Positions 1-10,494 of a DNA stretch of 64,000 bases are shown piece by piece. This DNA is from an uncultured Aquabacterium sp. (GTDB taxonomy: Bacteria > Pseudomonadota > Gammaproteobacteria > Burkholderiales > Burkholderiaceae_C). The stretch covers positions 11,962-75,961 of the forward strand of contig NZ_CAJYGK010000050.1 of assembly GCF_913773725.1 (NCBI RefSeq). Reading direction: 5' to 3'. The translations under genes were made by a program, and so were the position numbers. Numbering within the stretch: the stretch's first letter is position 1; each line of letters starts with the position of its first letter. The notes under the pieces were generated by a model that did not search any database, had not been told where the DNA came from, and saw nothing but the letters and a program-made list of their open reading frames with translations.

Positions 1-107
1 CAGGCGCGCGCCACCACTTCGATGAGCAGGCGCAGTTGCGCGGGGATCTGGGCTTCGCCGCGTTGCTGTTCGATCAGGTACTGCGTGAGGCTGATGCGTT
101 TGGTCAT
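1..107 (-). CDS. fbp: Class 1 fructose-1,6-bisphosphatase, N-terminal fragment (runs off window edge)
   Basis: Manual translation from ATG at 107: [35 protein letters not shown], a typical betaproteobacterial Fbp N-terminus; lies downstream of pepN. Not in the ORF track. Confidence 0.8.
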   Translation of the reverse strand, partial: MTKRISLTQYLIEQQRGEAQIPAQLRLLIEVVARA

Positions 108-143
108 GGGTTGGTGGGGTGGGTAAGAAAAAGGATTTCGCGC

Positions 144-2816
144 TCAGTCCTGCAGCGCACGGGTGACGATTTCGCGCACGTCGTCGGACAGCTCGGGGCG
201 GGCCGCCACGCGGCTGATGGCCTCGCGGGCCGCCGTGCGGTAAGGCTCGGCCAGGCGGCGCCAGTGGTCGAGCGCCCGCGCCAGGCGGGCAGCCAGCTGC
301 GGATTGATGCCGTCGATCTCGATGACGCGGTCGGCCCAGAACACGTAGCTGGCGGCGTCTGTGCGGTGGAAGGCGGCCGGGTTGCTCTGGCACAGCGCCA
401 TCAGCAGGCTGCGGGCACGGTTGGGCGTGCGCAGCGTGAAGTCCGGGTGCTGCATCAGGGCCTTGGCACGGGCAAAGACCTTGCCGTCGTGTTCGGGCGC
501 GGTGGCCTGCAACGTGAACCACTTGTCGATGACCAAGGCCTCGCTCTTGAACTGCGCATGGAAGCGCTCGAGCGCGGGGGCAGCCAGGTCGGCGTGGGCG
601 TTGACCAGGGCCTGCAGGGCACCCAGCCGGTCGGTCATGTTGGTGGCGTCCTTGAAGCGCTGCAGCGCCTTGCCCGGCCAGATCGGGTTCTGGCGCGCGG
701 TGCCGTCCAGCACCAGCATGGCCAGGGCCAGGTTGGCCAGCGCGCGACGGCCGGCGCTGCGGGCGTCCGGCGAGTAGGCGCCGTTGTCGTGGAAGTGTTC
801 CCAGGCCCAGATCCAGTCTTCGTGCAGCGCATGGGCCAGCTGGCGCTTCAGGCTTTCGCGCACGGTGTGGATGCGCTGCGGGTCGACCACCTCGAGCTGT
901 TCGGCCACATAGGCCTCGCTCGGCAGGGTCAGCACCAGCTCCTTGAAGGCGGCGTCCAGCTCGGGATGGCGCAGCACCTCGCGCATGGCCTGCACATAGC
1001 GGGCGTCCAGCTCGATGTGGCCATCGCCGCGCACGGCAGCCAGGATGCGGTTGAGCGCCAGTTGCTGGCCGGCTTCCCAACGGTTGAAGGGGTCGTGGTC
1101 GTGGCTCAGCAGCGTGAACAGCGAGTCGTCGCTGTGCTCGGCCTCCAGCACCACCGGCGCCGAGAAGCCGCGCAGCAGCGAGGGCACCGGTTCGACCGGC
1201 ACGTGCACAAAGGTGAAGGTCTGCTCCGGCTCGGACAGCACCAGCACCGTGTCGTGGCCCAGCGGGTTCAGCTGGCCTTCCAGCTGCAGGTGGATCTGGC
1301 GGCCGTCGCGGCCCACCAGGCCCATGGCCACGGGGATCACATACGGCGCCTTCTCGGGCTGGCCAGGCGTGGCCGCGCAGCGCTGGCTCAGCGTCAATGT
1401 GTAGATGTGGTTGGCTGCATCGTACTGTCCCCGGGCCGTGACACGGGGCGTGCCGGCCTGGCTGTACCAGCGCTTGAATGCGTCCAGGCGGGTGGCCAGT
1501 TCGCTGCCCGGGTTGGCATCGGCAATGGCCTGGGCAAAGTCGTCGCACGTGACGGCCTGGCCATCGTGGCGTTCGAAGTACAGCGACATGCCGTTGCGGA
1601 AGCCATCGTCGCCGACCAGGGTGTGCATCATGCGCACCACCTCGGCCCCCTTTTCATACACCGTCGTGGTGTAGAAGTTGTCGATGGCCAGGTAGCTGTC
1701 GGGGCGCACCGGGTGGGCCATCGGGCCCGCGTCTTCCGGGAACTGCAGCTGGCGCAGCGTGCGCACGTCTTCGATGCGCTTGACCGCGCGGGCGCTCTTG
1801 CTGCCAGCCATGTCCTGGCTGAACTGCTGATCGCGGAACACCGTGAGGCCTTCCTTGAGCGACAGCTGGAACCAGTCGCGGCAGGTGACGCGGTTGCCCG
1901 TCCAGTTGTGGAAGTACTCGTGGGCGACCACGCTTTCCACGTTGCCGAAGTCGATGTCGGTGGCCGTGGCGGGGTTGGCCAGCACGAACTTCGTGTTGAA
2001 GATGTTCAGGCCCTTGTTCTCCATCGCGCCCATGTTGAAGTCGCTGACCGCGACGATCATGAAGCGCTCCAGATCCAGGCTCAGGCCGAACCGGGCCTCG
2101 TCCCACGCGATCGACGCGATCAGCGAGTTCATCGCGTGCTCGGTCTTGTCGAGGTCACCCGCACGCACATAGATCTGCAGCAGGTGGTCCTTGCCGGCAC
2201 GCGTGCGGATGCGCTGCTCGCGGCGGACCAAGTCGGCAGCCACCAGCGCGAACAGGTAGCAGGGCTTGGGGTGGGGGTCTTCCCACACCGCGTAGTGCTT
2301 GCCGCCTTCCAGCGCGCCCTCTTCCACCAGGTTGCCGTTGGACAGCAGCACCGGGTACTTCAGCTTGTCGGCCTTCAAGGTGACCTTGTAGGTCGCCATC
2401 ACGTCCGGGCGGTCCAGGAAGTAGGTGATGCGGCGGAAGCCGAGGGCCTCGCACTGCGTGAAGAAACCGCCGCTGCTGGTGTACAGACCGGACAGCTGGG
2501 TGTTCTTCTCGGGCGCGCAGGTGGTGCGGATCTCGAGCTTGAACGGCTGCTGCGGCAGGTTCTCCAGCACCAGCTGGCCACCTTCGGTGCGGAAGGACAC
2601 GGGCTCGCCGTCCACCAGCACACGCAGCAGGTTGATGTCCTCGCCATCCAGGCGCAGGGGCGCGCCCGGCTGCTCGGCGTTCGGTTCGACCGTCATCTTG
2701 TTGATGACCAGGGTCTTGGCCGGATCCAGGTCGAACGTCAGGTCGACGGTGCGGATCCAGAAAGCCGGCGCCGCGTAGTCTTCGCGGCGGATCAGCTGGG
2801 CGGTACCTTCACGCAT
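144..2816 (-). CDS. pepN: Aminopeptidase N (M1 family)
   Basis: 890 aa; GAMENKG and HEYFH..E zinc motif, YEKGAEV. Confidence 0.97.
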   Translation of the reverse strand: MREGTAQLIRREDYAAPAFWIRTVDLTFDLDPAKTLVINKMTVEPNAEQPGAPLRLDGEDINLLRVLVDGEPVSFRTEGGQLVLENLPQQPFKLEIRTTCAPEKNTQLSGLYTSSGGFFTQCEALGFRRITYFLDRPDVMATYKVTLKADKLKYPVLLSNGNLVEEGALEGGKHYAVWEDPHPKPCYLFALVAADLVRREQRIRTRAGKDHLLQIYVRAGDLDKTEHAMNSLIASIAWDEARFGLSLDLERFMIVAVSDFNMGAMENKGLNIFNTKFVLANPATATDIDFGNVESVVAHEYFHNWTGNRVTCRDWFQLSLKEGLTVFRDQQFSQDMAGSKSARAVKRIEDVRTLRQLQFPEDAGPMAHPVRPDSYLAIDNFYTTTVYEKGAEVVRMMHTLVGDDGFRNGMSLYFERHDGQAVTCDDFAQAIADANPGSELATRLDAFKRWYSQAGTPRVTARGQYDAANHIYTLTLSQRCAATPGQPEKAPYVIPVAMGLVGRDGRQIHLQLEGQLNPLGHDTVLVLSEPEQTFTFVHVPVEPVPSLLRGFSAPVVLEAEHSDDSLFTLLSHDHDPFNRWEAGQQLALNRILAAVRGDGHIELDARYVQAMREVLRHPELDAAFKELVLTLPSEAYVAEQLEVVDPQRIHTVRESLKRQLAHALHEDWIWAWEHFHDNGAYSPDARSAGRRALANLALAMLVLDGTARQNPIWPGKALQRFKDATNMTDRLGALQALVNAHADLAAPALERFHAQFKSEALVIDKWFTLQATAPEHDGKVFARAKALMQHPDFTLRTPNRARSLLMALCQSNPAAFHRTDAASYVFWADRVIEIDGINPQLAARLARALDHWRRLAEPYRTAAREAISRVAARPELSDDVREIVTRALQD

Positions 2817-2867
2817 GGGGGTCCTTGGTGTCGGGTCAGGCGGTGGGGGGCAGCGGCGGAAACAGGG

Positions 2868-3972
2868 TCAGACGCCCTGCTTCAGGCTCGCTTCGATGAA
2901 GGCGTCCAGGTCGCCATCCAGCACCTTCTGGGTGGCGGAGATTTCGACGTTGGTGCGCAGATCCTTGATGCGGCTGTTGTCCAGCACATACGAACGGATC
3001 TGGTGGCCCCAGCCCACATCGGTCTTGGTGTCTTCCAGCTTCTGCTGCGCTTCCATGCGCTTGCGCATCTCGTGGTCGTACAGGCGCGAGCGCAGACGGC
3101 GCCAGGCCACATCGCGGTTGCTGTGCTGCGAGCGGCTGTCCTGGCATTGCACGACGATGCCGGTGGGGATGTGCGTCAGGCGCACGGCCGAGTCGGTCTT
3201 GTTGATGTGCTGACCGCCCGCGCCCGAGGCACGGTAGGTGTCGGTGCGCACGTCGGCCGGGTTGATGTCGATTTCGATCGAGTCGTCGATTTCCGGGTAG
3301 ACGAAAACCGACGCGAACGAGGTGTGACGGCCGCCCGACGAGTCGAACGGCGACTTGCGCACCAGCCGGTGCACGCCGGTTTCGGTGCGCAGGTAGCCGA
3401 AGGCGTACTCGCCCTCGACCTTGATCGTGGCGCTCTTGATGCCGGCGGTGTCGCCGTCGGTGATGTCTTCCACCGTGGCGGTGAAACCCTTGCGCTCGCA
3501 ATAGCGCAGGTACTGGCGCAGCAGCATCGAGGCCCAGTCGCAGGCCTCGGTACCGCCGGCGCCGGCCTGGATGTCGACGAAGCAGTTGCTCGGGTCGGCC
3601 GGGTTGCTGAACATCCGGCGGAACTCCAGCCCCTCCACGTCCTTCAGCAGGTTCTGCACGTCATCGTGGATGGCCTGCAGGCCGTCGGTATCGCCTTCTT
3701 CCTTCGACATTTCGAAGAGTTCGGCGTTGTCGGCCAGATTGCTCGTCAGGTTGTTGATGACGACGACGACGTCTTCCAGGGACTTCTTTTCCTTGCCGAG
3801 GGCCTGGGCCCGCTTGGGATCGTTCCAGACGGACGGATCTTCCAGTTCGGCATTCACTTCAGCGAGGCGGCGGGACTTTTCATCCCAGTCAAAGATACCT
3901 CCGAAGCTCAGCGGTCCGCTGAGTCAGGTCGGCGATCTGGGTGCCCAGGGCGTTGATGTGTTCGATGTCCAT
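2868..3972 (-). CDS. prfB: Peptide chain release factor 2, with +1 programmed frameshift
   Basis: ATG at 3972 gives 27 codons ([10 protein letters not shown]...LRRYL) ending CTT TGA C at 3894-3888; the +1 frame continues [16 protein letters not shown] into ORF 2868-3857, which has SPF and GGQ motifs. Confidence 0.97.
3888..3902 (-). other. prfB programmed +1 frameshift site (internal SD + CTT TGA C)
   Basis: Minus strand reads GGAGGTATCTTTGAC. Confidence 0.95.
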
Positions 3973-4058
3973 GGTCTTGTGGTGTTCGGTGCGGGGCCAC
4001 GCAGAGGGATGGCCCGAAGCTTAGATTTTCTCACGCTCGGGCGCTTGCGACGCGGCAC

Positions 4059-4988
4059 TCAGGCCAGGAACGTGGCCAGCCAGCCGGCCAGCACCTCGGG
4101 CTGGTCGTGGTGCAGCATGTGGCCAGCCTCCGGCAGCACCTTGTGCGTGCCGTCCTGCAGCACCGCCACGCGCTCGAGGAAGGCCTCGCGGGTGTGCCGC
4201 CCCTGAAAGAACTGGTAGACCTCGGTTTCGCTCCCCTCCACCACCAGCGTGGGGGCCGTGATGGCGCGCCAGATGGCCAGCACCTCTTCGACACGGTACA
4301 GATGGGGCCCGGGCCGCTTGTGCGCCGGATCGGCGTTGATGTGCCAGCGACCGTCCACCTCGTGGGCCCAGTGACCGGCCAGCCATTGGGCGCGCTCAGG
4401 GGTCAGGCGGGGGTTGTTCTGCCGCAAGCGGGCGGCCACCTCGTCGAGGCTGGCGTAATCCTTGAGTCCCACCGGGGATTTCAAGCCGTCCAGCCACGCT
4501 GCGAGCCGCGCGGGCGCCTGCTCCGGCCGTCCCGCCGGCAAGCCGACTCCTTCGAGGTTCACCAGGCGGCGGATGCGCCCCGGCCGCGCGCCGGCATACA
4601 GCATGACGACATTGCCGCCCATGCTGTGCCCGACCAGGTTCACCGGTTGCCCCGGAGAGAGCCGATCCAGCACCACATCCAGGTCGGCCAGGTAGTCCAC
4701 ATAGGCGTAGTCGCCCTCGGGGGTGGGGCCATTGGCGAGGTAGCTGCCGCCGAAGCCCCGCCAGTCCAGCGCCACGAAGGCGCGCTCGCCCCACCCGGGC
4801 AGGGCACGCCAGGCATCCACCAGAAACTGGAACGAGGCCCCCACGTCCATCCAGCCATGTACCAGCACGGTCAGCGGTTCGGTCTCGGATGCGCGAGCCG
4901 GGTCGCCCCAGTACAGCACTTGCTGGAGGCGGCCGCGCACGGGCAGGCGTTCAGTCAGAAAAGATTGACGAGGCTGGTAAGTCGACAT
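4059..4988 (-). CDS. Alpha/beta hydrolase
   Basis: HGWMD oxyanion motif, GHSMGG nucleophile elbow, C-terminal GHMLH; start taken at MSTYQP (4988). Confidence 0.88.
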   Translation of the reverse strand: MSTYQPRQSFLTERLPVRGRLQQVLYWGDPARASETEPLTVLVHGWMDVGASFQFLVDAWRALPGWGERAFVALDWRGFGGSYLANGPTPEGDYAYVDYLADLDVVLDRLSPGQPVNLVGHSMGGNVVMLYAGARPGRIRRLVNLEGVGLPAGRPEQAPARLAAWLDGLKSPVGLKDYASLDEVAARLRQNNPRLTPERAQWLAGHWAHEVDGRWHINADPAHKRPGPHLYRVEEVLAIWRAITAPTLVVEGSETEVYQFFQGRHTREAFLERVAVLQDGTHKVLPEAGHMLHHDQPEVLAGWLATFLA

Positions 4989-5177
4989 GCGGCGGATTTG
5001 AAAAAACCGGAAACGAGGGACACCCGGTGTGGCATCGGTCACGAAGTCGTCACGCTCGGAGGAGGGAGAGTTGTGCTCGGGGCAGGTGAATCATCCCCTA
5101 TTTGTGCGGTTTTCACCTAAGCTGTCTGGTTTTGTGCCCATCGGCCGTCCGCCTCCAGAGAGAACCCTCAGCGAACC

Positions 5178-8100
5178 GTGAGCATGACCCCACCGCATCC
5201 CCTGTCCCCCGCCACAGCGGACCCGCTGGCCGCCCCGCGTGCGCCAGCTTTGGTGCGCTTCGGCCCGCTGGCGTTGGCCGTTTCCACGCTGGCGGCGGTG
5301 AGCATGGGACTGATTGCCTGGTCACATGAGAGCTGGGGGCGACTGCAGGCCCGCACGCACCGGGTCGACACCCTGCTGTCGACGGTGCAGTACCAGGCCC
5401 GCTTCAGCGTGCTCGAAACCGAGCAGCGGGTGATGGGCCTGCCCACCGCGCGCAGTGAAGCCCCGTATCAAGCGATGACCGAGGCGCTCGCCCTCGCCCG
5501 GACCCTGCACGAGGAGTCACCCGAAGATCTGCGCCCTGCGATGCGAGCGCTCATCGACGAGCTGGAGTCGGCAGCCGATGCGGTTCGGGCGCGCACCCTG
5601 GCCCCGCCAGCCCTGGACGCCAGCGGGCTGCGCCGGGCCCTGGACCAGGTGGATGCGGCCGTGCAGCACGCCACCCGGCAATGGGACGACACCCTGCGGG
5701 CCGACACCACCACGCAGCGGCGCTTCGACCACCTGAACATCGCCCTGGTCGGCGTGGTGACGCTGCTGCTCATCGGCCTGATGCGCCGTGCCGACCGACA
5801 GCGCACCAGCACCGCACGCAAACTCACCGCACGCGACGCCCAGCTCCGCGCCTTTGCAGAAGTCCTGCCCGACCTGGCCTTCCGCATGGACGCGCAGGGC
5901 ACGTTTCTCGACGTCTACGGCAACAACCTGCCCTTGCTGGGGCGCCCTCCGGAGGCCATTCTGGGTCGCCCGCTGTCTTCGCTGTTTCCGGCCGAGATGA
6001 CACAGCGCTTCACGGATGTGATCGACCAGACCCTGCACACCCGGCGCACGCAGTCGCTGAGCTTCTCGGTGCGCATCCACGACGACCTGCGGCACTTCGA
6101 CAGCCGTTGCGCGCCCGTGGGCGACACCCCCGAGGTGGTCTGGATGATCTGGGACATCACCGCCCACCGCCAGACGGAAAAGCGGCTGCGCCACAAGACC
6201 CGGCTGTACGACTTCCTCAGCCACGTCAACCAGTCCATCGTCCGCTCGGCCGACGAGGCTTCGCTGCTGGCCCGGGTATGCCGGGTGGCGATCGAGCACG
6301 GCCAGTTCCGCAAGGCCTGGGTGGTGCTGCATGGAGACGACCCGCTGCAACTGCGCTGCCAGGCTGTCGCCGGCGATGACACCCCCGAGCGCCCGCAGCT
6401 CGACTTCGACCTGCCGCCAGATGCGCAGCAGGACAGCGCACTCGAAGCCGCACTGCGCCAAGGCCACACCTATTGCAGCAGCGACCTGGGGCGCCTGCCT
6501 CGGCGCCCCGATTGGGCCGACGCCGCGATCGCCACCGGCCTGCCCGGCTGCGTGACGGTCCCTCTGCGCCGCGACGAGCGCCTGATCGGTCACCTCGTGC
6601 TGCTGGGCCGGCGCGTGAACGACCAGGCCGAAGACCTGCTGACCCTGTTCGACGACCTGGCCAAGGACCTGTCTTTCGCGCTCACCAACCTGCACCGGGA
6701 GGCCCTGCGCCACCAGGCCGAAGAACGCATCCGCCTGCACGCCGCCGCGCTGGAGAGCACCCGGGACGGCATGATGGTGCTGTCCCAGGACCGCGTGGTG
6801 GTGTCGGTCAATGCCGCTTTCACCACCCTGACGGGCTGGCGCGAGGAAGAGGTGATCGGCCGCGTCCCGGACTTCCTGCTGCCGGACGACCCCACCGTCA
6901 CGCTCGACGACATCCGCGAAGGCCTGCTGCGCGATGGCAGCTGGCAGGGCGAAATGTGGTTCCAGCGGCAGAGCGGCGAGCTGTTCATGACCAAGCTGTC
7001 CGTCAGCGCGGTACACAACAAGGATGGTCGCCCCACCCATTTCGTGGGCGTGTTCACCGACATCACCCAGCTCAAGCAGACGGAAGAGCGCCTGGCCCGC
7101 ATGGCGCACTTCGACACCCTCACCGAGTTGCCCAACCGGGGCATGATCCACCAGCGACTGACCCACGCCCTCAGCCTGGCCCAGCGCCACCACACGCTGG
7201 TGGGCGTGGTCTTCATCGACCTGGACAACTTCAAGACCGTGAACGACGGCCTGGGCCACGCCGCCGGCGACAGCCTGCTGCGCCAGGTGGCCAGCCGCCT
7301 GCGGGCCCGCGTTCGTCAGGAAGACACCCTGGGCCGCCTGGGCGGCGACGAGTTCATCCTTGTGCTCGAGCACCTGCGCCACCCGCAACAGGCCGCACAC
7401 GTGGCCTCGGCCATCCTCGACACCCTGCAGCAGCCCTTCACCCTCGATGGCGGCGAGCAGGTGTACGTGCGCGCCTCGATCGGCATCAGCCTCTTCCCGA
7501 ACGACGGGCAGGAGGCCGCCGACCTGATCCGCAACGCCGACGCGGCGATGTACGAATCGAAGCGACGCGGCCGCAACAGCTTCAGCTTCTACACCGAGTC
7601 CTTCACCAGCGACGCCACCTCGCGCCTGCTGCTGGAAACCCGCCTGCGCCGGGCCATGGAACAGGGCGACTTCCTGCTGCACTACCAGCCGCAGATCAGG
7701 CTGAGCGACCGCCGCATCACCGCGGTCGAGGCGCTGGTGCGCCTGCGCCCGCCCTCGGGCAGCGGCGAGTTCATGGCGCCCGTCAGCCCGCACCAGTTCA
7801 TCCCGGTGATGGAAGACACAGGGATGATCGTGGCGCTGGGCGAATGGGTGCTGACCGAAGCTTGCCGCCAGGGCCGCGCCTGGCTGGATGCCGGACTGGA
7901 CTTCGGCCGCATGTCGGTCAACCTGTCGCCCTCGGAGATCCGCCGTGGCGGCGTCGTGGAGCGCGTGTCACGCATCCTGCGGGAAACCGGCCTGCCGCCG
8001 CACCGGCTCGAGCTCGAGATCACCGAAAGCGGCCTGATGGAGTCCGGCGGCAACACCGAGCAGTTCCTGCACATGCTGCACGGGCTCGGCGTCACCCTCA

Positions 8101-8411
8101 CGATCGACGACTTCGGCACCGGCTATTCGTCGCTGGCCTATCTCAAGCGTTTCCCGGTCCACCAGCTGAAGATCGACCGCAGCTTCGTCCAGGACCTGCC
8201 CGGCAACGACAACGATGGTCAGCTGGTCGCCACCATGATCGCCATGGCACGCGGGCTGAAACTCAATGTGGTCGCCGAGGGCGTGGAGATGCCTGATCAG
8301 GAGGCTTACCTGGCCAGCCGCGGCTGCGACATCGTGCAGGGCTATCTCTATAGCCGCCCCCTGACTGCACCGGCGCTGGCCACCTGGCTGCAGGAACACC
8401 CCTCGTCCTGA
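5178..8411 (+). CDS. Membrane-anchored PAS-GAF-PAS-GGDEF-EAL c-di-GMP signalling protein
   Basis: Two hydrophobic segments flanking a helical periplasmic region; PAS (WDIT, FTDIT) and GAF; RLGGDEF, VEALVR and DDFGTGYSSL all intact. Confidence 0.93.
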   Translation: MSMTPPHPLSPATADPLAAPRAPALVRFGPLALAVSTLAAVSMGLIAWSHESWGRLQARTHRVDTLLSTVQYQARFSVLETEQRVMGLPTARSEAPYQAMTEALALARTLHEESPEDLRPAMRALIDELESAADAVRARTLAPPALDASGLRRALDQVDAAVQHATRQWDDTLRADTTTQRRFDHLNIALVGVVTLLLIGLMRRADRQRTSTARKLTARDAQLRAFAEVLPDLAFRMDAQGTFLDVYGNNLPLLGRPPEAILGRPLSSLFPAEMTQRFTDVIDQTLHTRRTQSLSFSVRIHDDLRHFDSRCAPVGDTPEVVWMIWDITAHRQTEKRLRHKTRLYDFLSHVNQSIVRSADEASLLARVCRVAIEHGQFRKAWVVLHGDDPLQLRCQAVAGDDTPERPQLDFDLPPDAQQDSALEAALRQGHTYCSSDLGRLPRRPDWADAAIATGLPGCVTVPLRRDERLIGHLVLLGRRVNDQAEDLLTLFDDLAKDLSFALTNLHREALRHQAEERIRLHAAALESTRDGMMVLSQDRVVVSVNAAFTTLTGWREEEVIGRVPDFLLPDDPTVTLDDIREGLLRDGSWQGEMWFQRQSGELFMTKLSVSAVHNKDGRPTHFVGVFTDITQLKQTEERLARMAHFDTLTELPNRGMIHQRLTHALSLAQRHHTLVGVVFIDLDNFKTVNDGLGHAAGDSLLRQVASRLRARVRQEDTLGRLGGDEFILVLEHLRHPQQAAHVASAILDTLQQPFTLDGGEQVYVRASIGISLFPNDGQEAADLIRNADAAMYESKRRGRNSFSFYTESFTSDATSRLLLETRLRRAMEQGDFLLHYQPQIRLSDRRITAVEALVRLRPPSGSGEFMAPVSPHQFIPVMEDTGMIVALGEWVLTEACRQGRAWLDAGLDFGRMSVNLSPSEIRRGGVVERVSRILRETGLPPHRLELEITESGLMESGGNTEQFLHMLHGLGVTLTIDDFGTGYSSLAYLKRFPVHQLKIDRSFVQDLPGNDNDGQLVATMIAMARGLKLNVVAEGVEMPDQEAYLASRGCDIVQGYLYSRPLTAPALATWLQEHPSS

Positions 8412-8474
8412 CACAAAAAGCACGATCGTTCGATTCCTCCCATAATGGGCGTCTCATCCCTCGCGCCCTCCACC

Positions 8475-9317
8475 ATGTCCGACTCCCCGACCTCCTCCTC
8501 TGCCGTCTGCCCCCTGCCCGACCTGCTGGCATCCCGCGCTTCCCAGGACGCCCGCATCCGCTTCCAGGTGGGTGAAGACTGGGGACAAGGCCGCACCACC
8601 TTCGGCGGCCTGCTCTCGCTGCTGGCCGTGCAGGCCATGCGGGATGTGTGCGGGGCCGAGTGGCCGCTGCGGGCCCTACAGACCAGCTTCGTCGGCCCCG
8701 TCGTGCCCGGCCCCGTCGAGGTCGAAGTGCACCTGCTGCGCCAGGGCAAGAACGTGCGCCAGGTGCAAGCGCGCCTGCTTCAGGCCGATGCAAATGGCAT
8801 CGAACAGGTGGCAGGCGTCCTGCTGGGTGTGTTCGGCACCGGGCGCGACAGCACGCTGCCCGCGCTCAGCCCTCAGCAGCCCTCCGTGGACAAGGCACCG
8901 GACGATGCCTTGAAGCTGCCCTTCATCCCCGGCCTGACCCCGAACTTCACGCAGCACCTGGAGTTCCGCATTGCAGAAGGCGGCCTGCCGTTCACCGGCG
9001 CCGAGCACTGGCACAGCCGTACTCACGTGCGACTGCAACAGGCAGGCGACGTCGACGCCGAACTGCAGGCCGTGCTGCTGGCCGATGCAGGCCCGACCCC
9101 GGCCCTGCAGCGCCTGCGGGGGTTCGCCCCCGCCTCGTCCGTCTCCTGGGCGCTCGAGCTCCGCCCGGTGAGCGTGACCGAGCCAGCCGGCTTCTGGCGC
9201 ATGGACAAAGACGCCCTGGTCACCGGCGAGGGCTATGTCAACGAACGCACGACGTTGTGGACCCCCTGCGGCCAGCTGGCGGCGCTCGGATACCAGGTGG
9301 TGGCGGTGTATGCCTGA
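8475..9317 (+). CDS. Acyl-CoA thioesterase (TesB-like double hotdog fold)
   Basis: WGQGRTTFGG, LRQGKNV, GYVNERTTLW...G.L.ALGYQVVAVY; start may be 8445. Confidence 0.85.
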   Translation: MSDSPTSSSAVCPLPDLLASRASQDARIRFQVGEDWGQGRTTFGGLLSLLAVQAMRDVCGAEWPLRALQTSFVGPVVPGPVEVEVHLLRQGKNVRQVQARLLQADANGIEQVAGVLLGVFGTGRDSTLPALSPQQPSVDKAPDDALKLPFIPGLTPNFTQHLEFRIAEGGLPFTGAEHWHSRTHVRLQQAGDVDAELQAVLLADAGPTPALQRLRGFAPASSVSWALELRPVSVTEPAGFWRMDKDALVTGEGYVNERTTLWTPCGQLAALGYQVVAVYA

Positions 9318-9930
9318 TCCGGCGGAAGGCGAGTTGCGCCGGCCCACCTCGCTGGGCGAGCTGTTCGTGGCCTTCACCCTGCTGGCCTTGCAAGGATTCG
9401 GCGGGGTCATTGCCGTGGCCCAGCGTGAACTGTGCGAGCGTCGTCGCTGGCTGAGCGCCAAGGACTTCGTCGAGATGCTGGCCAACGCGCAGGTCCTGCC
9501 CGGTCCCAACGTCTGCAACCTGTCGCTGATGATCGGCGACCGTTTCTTCGGCTGGCGAGGCGCGCTCACGGCGCTGGCCGGCATGGTGTGTGCCCCGCTC
9601 GCTCTGATGCTCTTCATTGCGTGGGGCCTGGGCGCGGCGGCGTCCAGCGGCCTGGCCCAGCAACTGGTGCGCGGGGCCTTGCACGGCATTGCCGCCGTCG
9701 CCGCCGGCCAGATCATCGGCACGGTGCTGCGGCTGGCCGTGTCGCTGCGTGGCCACGTGCTCGGCGCCGGCGCGGGCGCGGCGCTCGCCGCCGTCGCCTT
9801 TGCACTGATGACGGTGGCCCGCCTCCCGCTGCTGTGGGTGCTGCTCGGATTGGGCGGCAGTGCCTGGCTGGTGACCTACGCCCTGCTGCGGCGCCGCGCC
9901 GCCGGCACCGACGCCGCCAGCCCGACATGA
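9310..9930 (+). CDS. chrA: Short-chain chromate ion transporter (CHR), subunit 1
   Basis: LQGFGG and AQVLPGPN motifs; hydrophobic; start ATG 9310 overlaps the thioesterase stop. Confidence 0.85.
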   Translation: MPDPAEGELRRPTSLGELFVAFTLLALQGFGGVIAVAQRELCERRRWLSAKDFVEMLANAQVLPGPNVCNLSLMIGDRFFGWRGALTALAGMVCAPLALMLFIAWGLGAAASSGLAQQLVRGALHGIAAVAAGQIIGTVLRLAVSLRGHVLGAGAGAALAAVAFALMTVARLPLLWVLLGLGGSAWLVTYALLRRRAAGTDAASPT

Positions 9931-10478
9931 GCCCCCCGATGCAACCCTGGATGTGGGCGCCCGACACCTGGTGGACGCTGTTCGGGCACTTTCTCGCGCT
10001 CTCCCTGATGTCGATCGGCGGCGCGATCACCCTGGTGCCCGACATGCACCGCCGCCTGGTGGTGGAAGACGGCTTGCTGAGCGACACCGACTTCACAGCG
10101 GCCATCGCCCTGGCCCAGGCGGCCCCCGGACCGAACGTGCTTTTCGTCGCGCTGATGGGGTGGTATGGCGCCGGGCTGGGTGGGGCCATCGTCAGCCTGC
10201 TCGGCATCATGATTCCTTCCACCACACTGGCCCTGGCCGCATCGCGGTGGGTGACGCGGCGGCGGCAATGGCTGGGCGTACAGGCCTTTCAGGCCGCCAT
10301 GGTGCCCGTCACCGTGGGCCTGCTGCTTGCCACGGGATGGCTGTTGGCCCCCTCCCCGGAGGCCCCGCGCGCGCTGCTGCTGAGCGCAGGCGTGGCCCTG
10401 GCGGTGTGGCGCACCCGCGTCCGGCTCATCTGGCTCGTGGCACTCGGTGCCGTGCTGGGCGCGATGGGCTGGGTCTGA
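9927..10478 (+). CDS. chrA: Short-chain chromate ion transporter (CHR), subunit 2
   Basis: LMSIGG and AQAAPGPN motifs; ATGA overlap with subunit 1; C-terminal part of track ORF 9432-10478. Confidence 0.85.
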   Translation: MSPPMQPWMWAPDTWWTLFGHFLALSLMSIGGAITLVPDMHRRLVVEDGLLSDTDFTAAIALAQAAPGPNVLFVALMGWYGAGLGGAIVSLLGIMIPSTTLALAASRWVTRRRQWLGVQAFQAAMVPVTVGLLLATGWLLAPSPEAPRALLLSAGVALAVWRTRVRLIWLVALGAVLGAMGWV

Positions 10479-10494
10479 TTCCCGAGGAGCAAGC

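Noticed and set aside
36-3956. 1306-aa plus-strand ORF, and similar giants such as 27413-31264, 10861-13629, 22177-24798, 50624-50992 extension and 57804-60329
   Set aside because: Antisense or off-frame shadows of well-supported genes; stop codons are scarce opposite GC3-rich coding sequence and no motifs are present.
5078-5110. Possible sigma28 promoter before the c-di-GMP gene (TAAG...GCCCATCG)
   Set aside because: Too many mismatches to GCCGATAA and suboptimal spacing.
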